Origin: Pseudomonadota bacterium | GTDB lineage: Bacteria > Pseudomonadota > Alphaproteobacteria > Rhodobacterales > Rhodobacteraceae | Reading direction: 5' to 3' | Length of the DNA: 64,000 nt | Assembly (NCBI GenBank): GCA_039028815.1 | Contig: JBCCHI010000004.1 | Span: forward strand, 221-64,220 | In this document: piece after piece, positions 27,379-35,970 of the stretch | Layout of the letters: every line of letters starts with the position of its first letter | Numbering within the stretch: the stretch's first letter is position 1 | Made by a program: the position numbers and the translations under genes | Notes under the pieces: model-generated | What the model was told of the DNA's origin: nothing | The model's input: the letters and a program-made list of their open reading frames with translations, nothing else | Database searches by the model: none

Positions 27379-28607
27379 CGTTTCACCAGGTTCCATTGCG
27401 TGACCGGCATTGCGGGACGCCAGCCTGTGAGACCGCCAACCGGCTCTGCCCTCGCGGTATTGATCTTGACCAGTTGTCCTCCGTGTCTCCGGTGCAGGCT
27501 GATCATCAGCGCCTCGGATTCCAGCGTGACTGCGTTGGCGACAAACCGCCCCAGAGGCCGCAACGCCTGCCAGGCCCGGTCGAAGACCTCTTCCGACAAC
27601 CCACCGCCAACAAAGACGGCATCCGGGGCGTCAAGTCCCTGCAAGGCATCGGGTGCGGTACCATCAATCAGATGCAGACGCGGCGCGCCGAGCGCCAGCG
27701 CATTTTCCGCCGCCATAGCCCGACGGTCCGCCCTCGGTTCAATGCCGACCGCCCGCGCATATCGTGCGCCACGCATCCATTCGACGGCCACCGAACCGCA
27801 ACCGGTTCCGATGTCCCACAGCAACGCACCGCGCATCGGCATGAGTTTGGCCAGTGTCAGCGCGCGCACCTCTTGCTTGGTCATTGTGCCATCGTGGCGG
27901 AACAGGTCATCGGCCAATCCCGGAACACGCGGCAACAAGGCGGCCTCGGGGGATGCCACGCAATGCACGGCAAGCGTATTGAAGGCAGGCACCTCGTGTG
28001 ACCAGCTGTCCGCGCGACCGTCAAATCGGCTCTCGTCTGCCCCGCCCATGGCGGCAAGCACCGTCATGGAAGAGGCACCAAACCCCCGATCGGTCAGAAA
28101 CCGGGCGATCTGGCCCGGCGTTTCACGTCCGGTCGTCAGGACAAGAAGCCGTGCATCGGGTTGGATGAACGCAATCATTTGTTCAACCGGGCGACCATGC
28201 ACGGTCAGTGTTTCAAGATCGGCCAGGCTCCATCCCATACGCGCAGCCGCCAGCTGGAAGGCACTGAGTTGCGGATGATAGACGATCTCAGCCGGGTCGA
28301 TCTCTCGTCCGATCCGCGCACCGACGGAGAACCACAACGGGTCACCTGTCGCCAGAACCACAACGCGCCGGTCGGAATAGGCCCGGAGCATGTCGATCAC
28401 TGCATCAAAGGGTGAGGGCCAGCCAACCCGCTCGGCGCGCACGGTTTCGGACAGTTTGTGGTGACGGTCCCCGCCAACAATGACCTCGGCGGCCTCGACC
28501 ACGGCGCGGGTTGCCGGCGCAAGTCCCGACATGCCCTCTTCGCCAATACCAACCACGTGCAACCAGGGTTTGACGGTTTTCCCCTGTCCGACAGTCTGTT
28601 CGTTCAC
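27375..28607 (-). CDS. cobL: Precorrin-6Y C5,15-methyltransferase (decarboxylating), CbiE/CbiT fusion
   Basis: GTG 28607 overlaps the cobH stop (GTGA). PWLHVVGIGEEG methylase N-terminus; C-terminal SAM motif LWDIGTGCGSVAVE. Confidence 0.88.
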   Translation of the reverse strand: MNEQTVGQGKTVKPWLHVVGIGEEGMSGLAPATRAVVEAAEVIVGGDRHHKLSETVRAERVGWPSPFDAVIDMLRAYSDRRVVVLATGDPLWFSVGARIGREIDPAEIVYHPQLSAFQLAAARMGWSLADLETLTVHGRPVEQMIAFIQPDARLLVLTTGRETPGQIARFLTDRGFGASSMTVLAAMGGADESRFDGRADSWSHEVPAFNTLAVHCVASPEAALLPRVPGLADDLFRHDGTMTKQEVRALTLAKLMPMRGALLWDIGTGCGSVAVEWMRGARYARAVGIEPRADRRAMAAENALALGAPRLHLIDGTAPDALQGLDAPDAVFVGGGLSEEVFDRAWQALRPLGRFVANAVTLESEALMISLHRRHGGQLVKINTARAEPVGGLTGWRPAMPVTQWNLVKR

Positions 28608-29242
28608 CGGACGCCCTCCCCAAGACCGCCGGACAGCGCGTTGACCGCGGCACACGCCATTGCGGACCCGCCACGCCGCCCGCGCAACGCGATGAATTCG
28701 CACCCGCGCGGATGCGCGGCCAGTTCTGCCTTGCTCTCGGCGGCGCCGACAAATCCCACAGGGAACCCCAGGATCACCGCCGGACACGGCGCGCCGTCGT
28801 CAAGCAGCTCCAACAGACGAAACAGAGCCGTGGGCGCGTTTCCGATGGCCACCACCGCGCCCTCCAGATGCGGGCGCCAGAGATCAACGGCCGCTGCGGA
28901 CCGGGTTGTGGCCTGCTGCGCGGCCAGCGCGGGCACGCGCTCGTCGTTCAGCGTCACCCGGATCTCGTTCTCGGCGGGCAGTTGCCGCCGGATGATGCCC
29001 GCGCGAACCATCTCGCAATCGCACAGAACCGTCCGGCCGGCATAGAGCGCTGCGCGCCCCGCCTCGGCCGCGCGCTCCGAGAAAACCAGCCGGTCCGCGA
29101 CCTCGACCATCCCGCAGGCGTGGATCAGCCGGATGGCCAGCGCTTCCATACCGGGACCGAACCGGTCCAGACGCGCCTCGCGGCGCACGGTCGCAAAACT
29201 CTCGGCATAAATCGCCGTGGGATTCTTTTCGTACGGCCGCAT
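28604..29242 (-). CDS. cobH: Precorrin-8X methylmutase
   Basis: MRPYEKNPTAIYAESFATVRREA..., ...IAIGNAPTAL pattern. Confidence 0.9.
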   Translation of the reverse strand: MRPYEKNPTAIYAESFATVRREARLDRFGPGMEALAIRLIHACGMVEVADRLVFSERAAEAGRAALYAGRTVLCDCEMVRAGIIRRQLPAENEIRVTLNDERVPALAAQQATTRSAAAVDLWRPHLEGAVVAIGNAPTALFRLLELLDDGAPCPAVILGFPVGFVGAAESKAELAAHPRGCEFIALRGRRGGSAMACAAVNALSGGLGEGVR

Positions 29243-29251
29243 CGCGTCAGT

Positions 29252-29482
29252 TCAGGCGTTCTCGAGGTTTTCTTCGTTGGGGTCCGCTTCTGTTTCGGTC
29301 TCCCCTTCAACGTCAGACGTCTTGCGCCCCTTGGCAGCCAACAGCAGGGCCAGCGCGGCCGCTGCGGCAAGAGCACCGGCAGCCAGCCAGTGACCGTGAC
29401 CCGCGACCTCGGCCAGATGGCCCGGGTGCGCGCGGGCGGCACTGCCCGTGGCGAGTATGGAAAGGATCATAAGGTATCTCAT
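29252..29482 (-). CDS. Small His-rich membrane protein (signal peptide, HPGH...HGH, TM, acidic tail); first ORF of the cob operon
   Basis: ATG 29482 preceded by GGGGAG. MRYLMILSILATGSAARA | HPGHLAEVAGHGHW - TM - acidic tail; 76 aa; 9 nt upstream of cobH. Confidence 0.65.
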   Translation of the reverse strand: MRYLMILSILATGSAARAHPGHLAEVAGHGHWLAAGALAAAAALALLLAAKGRKTSDVEGETETEADPNEENLENA

Positions 29483-29800
29483 TGTACTCCCCTGTACAGA
29501 ATCCAGATGCACCACTGGCATCCGGTCAGCGGAGATCCCGAAACACCGCGCCCACGCGCGCGCCATCCCGCGACGATCTCGGGCGACACCCCCTGTGTGG
29601 GTCGATCTCGCCCTTCGCACCTGTCCGGCCCCTTCGGGCATCGTCACAACGGTCTATAGGCGCGGTCCAGGGGTCGTGCAAACACAATAGCGGCACAGTT
29701 TGCGCCGGTCCCGGCAGAATGTGCGCTGACGCAGATCTGCTGCGCTTGGTCTGGGATTACGCCACCGACCGCGGTGACTTACCTTTGCGGCAAAGGAGAA
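29483..29800 (-). promoter_or_regulatory. Long structured 5' leader of the cob operon; candidate cobalamin riboswitch
   Basis: About 320 nt non-coding upstream of the cob operon. Minus-strand RNA contains GGUGGCGUAAUCCC (GGUG..AAUCC), GCGCAAACUGUG (CGCAACUGU-like), CCUGGACCGCGCC (B12-box-like) and GCCAGUGG. The match to the consensus is partial. Confidence 0.4.
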
Positions 29801-29805
29801 CGGGC

Positions 29806-30792
29806 ATGGGACAGCTTATCGACGGCGTCTGGCATGACGATTGGTACGACACTGCATCAACCGGTGGCGCGTTCCGGCGGGCCGCCAGCCGGTTTCGCAA
29901 CTGGATCACACCTGATGGCGCCCCGGGGTCGTCGGGCGAAGGCGGATTTGCCGCACAGGACGGACGCTACCATCTCTACGTCTCGCTGGCCTGTCCCTGG
30001 GCACACCGGACGCTGATCTTCCGCAAGCTCAAGGGGCTGGAAGATCTGATCGGTATCTCTGTCGTACACCCGGACATGCTGTCCGATGGGTGGACTCTGG
30101 ATGACGGGTATCCGGGCGCAACGGGCGATCAGCTCTACGGCCTGCCCTTCGCGCGCGACCTCTACGTCAAGGCAAAGCCGGATGTGTCCGGTCGCGTCAC
30201 CGTGCCCATCCTTTGGGACAAGGCACGCGAAACCATTGTGTCGAACGAATCAGCCGAGATCATCCGTATGTTCAACAGTGCCTTTGATGATCTGACAGAC
30301 AATCGGGCGGATTACTGGCCCGAAGCGCTGCGCGACGCCATCGAGCCGGTGAACGCCCGCATCTATGACTCGTTGAACAACGGAGTTTACAAGGCTGGGT
30401 TTGCCACCACGCAAGAGGCGTACAACGCCGCCATCCTCCCGCTGTTCGACACGCTGGACTGGCTGGAAGAGCGGCTGGGACAGTCTCGTTATCTCATGGG
30501 CGCACAGGTGACCGAAGCCGACTGGCGCCTGTTCACGACGCTGGTGCGGTTTGATGCCGTCTATCACGGGCATTTCAAGTGCAACCGCGCGCGGATCGTG
30601 GATTATCCGAATCTTTGGGGCTATCTGCGCGAGCTCTTTCAATGGCCGGGCGTGGCCGGGACGGTCAACATGGACCACATCACGCGGCACTACCATTACA
30701 GCCACAATAGCATTAACCCGCACCGTATCGTGCCGATCGGACCGAAACCCGATTTCACCGCACCACATGGCAGAGAGCGCATACAGGCATGA
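29806..30792 (+). CDS. yqjG: Glutathionyl-hydroquinone reductase (Xi-class GST)
   Basis: AAAGGAGA SD. GRYHLYVSLACPWAHRTLIFRKLKGL (CPWA motif). Confidence 0.88.
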   Translation: MGQLIDGVWHDDWYDTASTGGAFRRAASRFRNWITPDGAPGSSGEGGFAAQDGRYHLYVSLACPWAHRTLIFRKLKGLEDLIGISVVHPDMLSDGWTLDDGYPGATGDQLYGLPFARDLYVKAKPDVSGRVTVPILWDKARETIVSNESAEIIRMFNSAFDDLTDNRADYWPEALRDAIEPVNARIYDSLNNGVYKAGFATTQEAYNAAILPLFDTLDWLEERLGQSRYLMGAQVTEADWRLFTTLVRFDAVYHGHFKCNRARIVDYPNLWGYLRELFQWPGVAGTVNMDHITRHYHYSHNSINPHRIVPIGPKPDFTAPHGRERIQA

Positions 30793-30947
30793 CCTGGGCC
30801 GGGCGCAAAAATCCGTCTGAACGGCTTGACGGGTCTGACCATTCTCCTTAATGAGCCACGACGGATTCACGGCGCCCCGCCCGGCGGCGCATTAAGCTTT
30901 GGTTCGACGCTCGGGTGCGTTTCGAACCGCAACCCGAGGATAAACCA

Positions 30948-31238
30948 ATGTCGCGCCGCTGCGAACTGACCGGTAAGGGCCCCATGGTTGGGAACAATTC
31001 CAGCCATGCCAACAACAAGACCAGGCGTCGTTACCTGCCGAACCTGAACAACGTGACCCTGCAGTCCGAAACGCTGGGGCGCGGGGTCAAGCTGCGGATC
31101 AGCGCCGCTGCCCTGCGCAGCGTGGATCATCGTGGTGGTCTGGATGCATATCTGGCCAAGGCCAAAGAGTCGGATCTGTCCGAAAATGCTCTGAAGATCA
31201 AAAAAGAGATCGCAAAGGCACAGGCAGCGAACGCCTGA
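30948..31238 (+). CDS. rpmB: 50S ribosomal protein L28
   Basis: [33 protein letters not shown]; GAGGA SD. Confidence 0.95.
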   Translation: MSRRCELTGKGPMVGNNSSHANNKTRRRYLPNLNNVTLQSETLGRGVKLRISAAALRSVDHRGGLDAYLAKAKESDLSENALKIKKEIAKAQAANA

Positions 31239-31258
31239 TCCTAAATCGTTTCGTCGAC

Positions 31259-31293
31259 AAGGGCTTGCCGGTTTCGGCTGGCCCTTTGTTTTT
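31259..31293 (+). terminator. Rho-independent terminator after rpmB
   Basis: AAGGGC..GCCG-gttt-CGGC..GCCCTT stem followed by TGTTTTT. Confidence 0.6.
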
Positions 31294-31297
31294 GGTG

Positions 31298-32509
31298 CTA
31301 TTGCGCTGCTACCGCGTGGTTTTGTCCCACAAATCCCAGAACGCTGCCCTGGAAATGGGCAAGCGCGGCCTCGCCGCCGGCGCCCCTTGCCAGATGCGCC
31401 GCACGGTGGCGTGGCGACGCAAGCGCGCGCTGCATTTTCTCACAGACCCAGACGTCTTCGGTCTGGAAATCGCCAGTCTCCAGCGGGTGCATTGTCCAGT
31501 GCGACGACTTTACGAGACCTGTTTGCCTGTCAAAACCCGGCGCATCCTTGGCGCTGTATCGGTAACTCATCATGCCCTTGGGCGCCCAGTTGCGGACGCG
31601 CAGCAAGGATACACCCGGACCAGCCGGTTCGATGACAGAGATCGAAAACCCCCAGGGGTTCGGGGTCAGCAAGGTTGTGGGAAACAGCAGATAAACCCCG
31701 CCATAACCGATATCCCGCGCCGCGTGCGCCTCTCTGGCGGGCCAGGTCTTTGCTGCATCCTCGACGAACCGGGGGATGCGGTGCTTTACGCCGTCACGTT
31801 CTGTCGACCACCAGACAAGATGACGGCCAAACGCTTGCCAAAGGTTTTTATCATAGGTGGGTCCACCCAGTGTTTTCTTGTGCAGATAGGCCAGATGATA
31901 CCCGTCCAGCGCGTTCTCTGCGAAAACCTTCCAGTTGCACTGCATTTCGTAGACGATTTCGTCAGAGGATTCGACAAGTCCCCCCGGCGCCAGATCATGC
32001 GGCCAGGGCACCGATGCAAGATCGTCGATCCAGACCTCAAAAGGTTCCGATGGCTCTGCTTCGGGATGAATGAAAACCAGATCCCGGTAGATGCCGATGG
32101 CGGCTTTGTGCAGCCCGTTGCGGGCCTTGTCGAGACCGGGAAAACAGACCGCCTGCGCCGGAACGCCCCGCAGGTTGCCGTCAAGCGCGTAGACCCAGTT
32201 GTGATAGGGGCACACGATCGTTTTGCCGACATTGCCGCAGTCTTCCAGCAGTTCGGTTCCCCTGTGACGGCAGATATTGTGAAACCCCTGCAGCTCTCCC
32301 GCCGCGTTGCGCAGCATGATCAACGAATAGGGCCCGGCCTGCACGGTGCGGTAATCGCCCGCATCCGGGACATCATGAACCGTTCCGGCAAAGGCCCAGG
32401 TCGTCCCGAAGAGATCGCGCTGTTCGAGGTCATACCAATCCTGTGACAAATAGGACTCTCGGGGCAGCAGCTGCACAGGCGAAACGGGCAACGGGTGATG
32501 TGTCTTCAT
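31298..32509 (-). CDS. Rieske [2Fe-2S] ring-hydroxylating oxygenase, alpha subunit
   Basis: CRHRGTELL...CPYHNWVY Rieske motif; 403 aa. Confidence 0.85.
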   Translation of the reverse strand: MKTHHPLPVSPVQLLPRESYLSQDWYDLEQRDLFGTTWAFAGTVHDVPDAGDYRTVQAGPYSLIMLRNAAGELQGFHNICRHRGTELLEDCGNVGKTIVCPYHNWVYALDGNLRGVPAQAVCFPGLDKARNGLHKAAIGIYRDLVFIHPEAEPSEPFEVWIDDLASVPWPHDLAPGGLVESSDEIVYEMQCNWKVFAENALDGYHLAYLHKKTLGGPTYDKNLWQAFGRHLVWWSTERDGVKHRIPRFVEDAAKTWPAREAHAARDIGYGGVYLLFPTTLLTPNPWGFSISVIEPAGPGVSLLRVRNWAPKGMMSYRYSAKDAPGFDRQTGLVKSSHWTMHPLETGDFQTEDVWVCEKMQRALASPRHRAAHLARGAGGEAALAHFQGSVLGFVGQNHAVAAQ

Positions 32510-32626
32510 GCTGATCGTCCTGAAGGTTACGAGCTGTTGATTGCCAATATAGATTATTAATCATTATTGACAACATAAGCCGAAACGTTAGCCTCCACCC
32601 CTGACAGGACGCAAGGGACAGCGCGC

Positions 32627-32920
32627 ATGACACCCAAACCTCGCAATCAGGAGCTCACGCTGCCTCAGGCGCTCGGGCAGCAAAAATGGCTCACGCTTGT
32701 CGCGCTTCCCATCCTGACCTATGCGATGATCCACGGCCTTTTCTTTGTCTGGGGACTGCTTTTTTTGTTCTGGGGCGCCGGTTCTCTGGCGTCTGGGCGG
32801 ATATTCCTGGTGGAAGACATCGACCGCCAGAGTGACCCGGCCCTGTTCTGGATTGTCTTCTTCATGTGGATCGGGTCTGGCGTCACGTATGTCTATTATG
32901 ATCTCACACGCTTTTTCTAG
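32627..32920 (+). CDS. Small membrane protein (hypothetical)
   Basis: 97 aa with three hydrophobic helices. No recognisable family. Confidence 0.5.
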   Translation: MTPKPRNQELTLPQALGQQKWLTLVALPILTYAMIHGLFFVWGLLFLFWGAGSLASGRIFLVEDIDRQSDPALFWIVFFMWIGSGVTYVYYDLTRFF

Positions 32921-33392
32921 TATCCGGCAAATCAGGATAAGCCGTGTCCGGCTGTCCAATAGTCTTGCCCTCACCGGGTTGGGCCTCGTTCTTGCAATCA
33001 GCTATGGTCCGCAACTGGCGACGGGTAAAACTCTGACCGTGGACGTGCAGGGCATCCGCAACAAGGAGGGGCTTGTCCATATCATGATTTACGACCGCGC
33101 AACCGCATTCGAGAACCAATCGGAAACAGGGATGGCCAGACTTACCACCGTCGGCGCGGAAGAAGGGGACATGGCCTTCAGGTTTCGCAAACTTTTGCCA
33201 GGCCGATACGCGATTTTCGTGCACCATGACGAAAATGCCAACAATGCGTTTGACACCACTGCCGGTTCCTACGAAGGCTATGCATACTCGCAGAATGTCG
33301 GCCAATGGACCGAGCCGAGTTTCAGCGAAGCGGCCTTTGTCCTAGAGGGCGATACCGAACTTGCCCCTCTGACGGTGATCTACACGGAGTAG
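32889..33392 (+). CDS. DUF2141-family protein
   Basis: LTVDVQGIRNKEGLVHIMIYD...VHHDENANNAFDT...GYAYSQN. Start uncertain (ATG at 32889 or 32898). Confidence 0.7.
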   Translation: MSIMISHAFSSIRQIRISRVRLSNSLALTGLGLVLAISYGPQLATGKTLTVDVQGIRNKEGLVHIMIYDRATAFENQSETGMARLTTVGAEEGDMAFRFRKLLPGRYAIFVHHDENANNAFDTTAGSYEGYAYSQNVGQWTEPSFSEAAFVLEGDTELAPLTVIYTE

Positions 33393-33395
33393 GCC

Positions 33396-33995
33396 ATGGC
33401 ACGACCCAGTCTGAAAGATGTGCGGTCTCGCGAAATCCTGGACGCATTCGTCAGATGCGTTGCCAGGTACGGAGTTGATGGCTCGACGCTGGAACGGATC
33501 GCGGAAGAAGCCGGAATGCGCCGCACCTTGCTGCGTCACTATCTGGGCAACCGTGAGGATATGGTCACGCGGCTTCTGCATCACACATTGTCGATGTTCG
33601 AGGACATGATTGACCTCCTTGTCGAGGACCTTCCGGAAAAGAACAGATGGCCCGTGCTGTTTGACAGGCTGTTCAGCCACGAACAGCACAGCCCCGCAAA
33701 CGCGGCCGTGTTTCAGGCTCTTGTCGCTGCATCGGCCCAGCACCCTGCGCTGAAACAGCCGCTTCTTGGTTTCGTGACCGATTTCGAACGCATGCTCTGC
33801 CACGAAATCAGCCTGCAGCATCCGGCGGCAGGCCGGAACAGGTGTGCGGTGGCGGCGAGTGGCATCACATCCATCTATTTCAGCGTCGACGCTATGCTCC
33901 CGCTGTCGCCGTCCATCGAATGGCGGCAAAGGCAAAAGAACGCGGCCGCCCACCTGACCGCAGCATTACAAGGGAGCGTTTCGGGAAACACCTGA
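33396..33995 (+). CDS. TetR-family transcriptional regulator
   Basis: N-terminal HTH REILDAFVRCVARYGVDGSTLERIAEEAGMRRTLLRHYLGNREDM. Confidence 0.85.
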   Translation: MARPSLKDVRSREILDAFVRCVARYGVDGSTLERIAEEAGMRRTLLRHYLGNREDMVTRLLHHTLSMFEDMIDLLVEDLPEKNRWPVLFDRLFSHEQHSPANAAVFQALVAASAQHPALKQPLLGFVTDFERMLCHEISLQHPAAGRNRCAVAASGITSIYFSVDAMLPLSPSIEWRQRQKNAAAHLTAALQGSVSGNT

Positions 33996-34084
33996 CTTAC
34001 GGGATTTTCGTGAAACGCCGCGACCTCCTCGGATGGCGCACGTGTTTCGCCTGAGGTGATGTCTCGGGGTCAGGGCGACATGCT

Positions 34085-34777
34085 TTAGGTTGTCAGAAGC
34101 TCGTCCACCCATGCCGGCACACTTTCACTGGCCCGACCACGCCGGCATTCCGAGAACGCGCCGGATATCTCTGAGTGCTCCAGATTCATTTCAATCGTAC
34201 GAGCACCGGCGCGCCGGGCTGTCGTCACAAAGGTCGAGGCCGGATAGACCTGACCGGACGTGCCGATTGCCGCAAAGATGTCCGCGCGGGACAAGTCTGC
34301 ATATATGGTGTCCATCTCATAGGGAATTTCACCGAACCAGACGACATCCGGTCGCGTGGCCCTGGCCCCGCACGCCTTGCATGTGTCTTCGGCGTGCATC
34401 TCCGGCGGGGCCGGCCAGCGCAACCTGCAGCTCTGGCAAAGGGCCGTGTCCAGCCGGCCGTGCATATGAATGACCCGACGACTGCCTGCGCGCTCATGCA
34501 GAGCGTCGACGTTCTGCGTGATGATCACCACCCGGCCGGGGCGTTCCGCCTCAAGCCGGGCCAATGCAAAATGCGCAGCGTTCGGTTCTGCATCCCGGGC
34601 CTGGGCACGGCGTGCATTGTAGAAGCCATGCACGCGCGCGGGATTTCGGCTGAACCCTTCCGGTGTAGCAACATCGTCCAGTCGATGTTGGGCCCATAGC
34701 CCGTCTTCGTCACGGAATGTACCCAATCCGCTTTCTGCCGAAATCCCGGCACCGGTCAGTATGACAATCCGACTCAA
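34085..34777 (-). CDS. cobB: NAD-dependent protein deacylase (Sir2 family)
   Basis: LTGAGISAESGLGTFRD, QNVDALHERAG, Zn cysteines CQSC...CKAC; 230 aa. Confidence 0.9.
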   Translation of the reverse strand: MSRIVILTGAGISAESGLGTFRDEDGLWAQHRLDDVATPEGFSRNPARVHGFYNARRAQARDAEPNAAHFALARLEAERPGRVVIITQNVDALHERAGSRRVIHMHGRLDTALCQSCRLRWPAPPEMHAEDTCKACGARATRPDVVWFGEIPYEMDTIYADLSRADIFAAIGTSGQVYPASTFVTTARRAGARTIEMNLEHSEISGAFSECRRGRASESVPAWVDELLTT

Positions 34778-34971
34778 CGCGAGACATCCTGTGTGTCGAT
34801 GGTTCGTCGATCTGTTCAGTTTTCAGACAAAGTTCACTGAAAATTCAAGTCCTCGGCTGCTGCGGCTTGAAAGCAAGACACTTGTATTACACATCTTTGC
34901 AAGATGCTGTCACGTATGACCGAAACGCGCGCGGCAGAGCCAGTCTGCCCCGGAACAAGGAACGCAGCGAC

Positions 34972-35592
34972 ATGAGATCTGTCGGCATCCTCGGAAGTGT
35001 TGCCCCGGAGGCAACGGTTTTGCTGATGCAGAAGCTTCTGGATGTGGTGCCTGAAACGATGTCGGGGGCAGGTGTTCCCCTCGTGGTTCATCACAATCCT
35101 CAGATGCCGGATCGCCTTCGGGACCCCTCGCAAGGTGGGGGCGTTGATCCGATGCCGGTGTTGGTCAGCATGGCACAGGATCTCGAGCGCGCGGGTGTCG
35201 CGGCGTTGGCCACGCCGTGCCTTTTCACGCATCACTACGCGCTTGCCATATCGCATGCCACAACCCTTCCGTTTCTGAACATGATCGAGCTTGTTGCGGA
35301 CGATCTTGCAGCCTCGGGTGCAAAACGTGTCGCCATGCGGATGGCGCCTGAAATCAGGCGCACCGGGCTGTTCGACATGGCGTTCGGGCAGCGCGGCCTG
35401 ACGCAGCTGTGGGCCGAGTCGGAGCACGCGAAAGCCGACTGCAGCCTGTCGCACGGATCCGGGTGGCCTGCTGCGACGGACCCACCGGCAGGTCACGCGG
35501 CACCACCTGTCATGGACTGTCTCGATTGTCTGGCGTCGGGCATTGTTGCCTTTGCAAGAGCCGACGGAAAGCGATTGGATGTGGTCGGCTGA
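34972..35592 (+). CDS. Aspartate/glutamate racemase family protein (divergent)
   Basis: MRSVGILGSVAPEATVLLMQKLL N-terminus. Cys contexts TPCLFTHH and DCSLS in place of CNTAH/GCTE. Confidence 0.6.
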   Translation: MRSVGILGSVAPEATVLLMQKLLDVVPETMSGAGVPLVVHHNPQMPDRLRDPSQGGGVDPMPVLVSMAQDLERAGVAALATPCLFTHHYALAISHATTLPFLNMIELVADDLAASGAKRVAMRMAPEIRRTGLFDMAFGQRGLTQLWAESEHAKADCSLSHGSGWPAATDPPAGHAAPPVMDCLDCLASGIVAFARADGKRLDVVG

Positions 35593-35646
35593 CCGCACAG
35601 TGTTTGTCGCGCGACACCCTGCACGGCGGAACGATCGCGAAACGTG

Positions 35647-35970
35647 TCAGTCCCTCGCGGCGGACAGGTCGGAGCGCAGGCTTTCCGCCTCTTGCCGCGC
35701 TTCGCGCAGACCTTCCATGGTCGCGTTCAGTTCTGCTTCGGTCTGATTGAGCTGGTTGGTCAGCTCCGCCTCTCGTTGCTGCAGATACGTGATCGCCTGA
35801 TCGCGTGTTTCCTCTGCATCATGCAGTTCCTGCGCCAGGCGCTCCAACTCTCCGACATCGGATCCGGCGACCCGAATGAACCGGTTGACCAGCCAGTGCG
35901 CAAACCAGCCCATACAGAACGCCACGAAAAGCACGATGGCTGTGGCCAGGATAAATTCCGTTCTATTCAT
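35647..35970 (-). CDS. Membrane-anchored coiled-coil protein (hypothetical)
   Basis: ATG 35970 overlaps the OmpA-like stop by 8 nt. N-terminal TM, then a heptad-like ELERLAQELHDAEETRDQAITYLQQREAEL. Confidence 0.6.
   Translation of the reverse strand: MNRTEFILATAIVLFVAFCMGWFAHWLVNRFIRVAGSDVGELERLAQELHDAEETRDQAITYLQQREAELTNQLNQTEAELNATMEGLREARQEAESLRSDLSAARD

Noticed and set aside
26848-28278. 476-aa ORF on the plus strand
   Set aside because: It is antisense to cobI/cobL.
34085-34777. Sir2-family gene as a defence (ThsA/DSR-like) component
   Set aside because: It is a 230-aa stand-alone CobB-type deacylase with a Zn ribbon and no extra effector or sensor domain. This is the housekeeping type.
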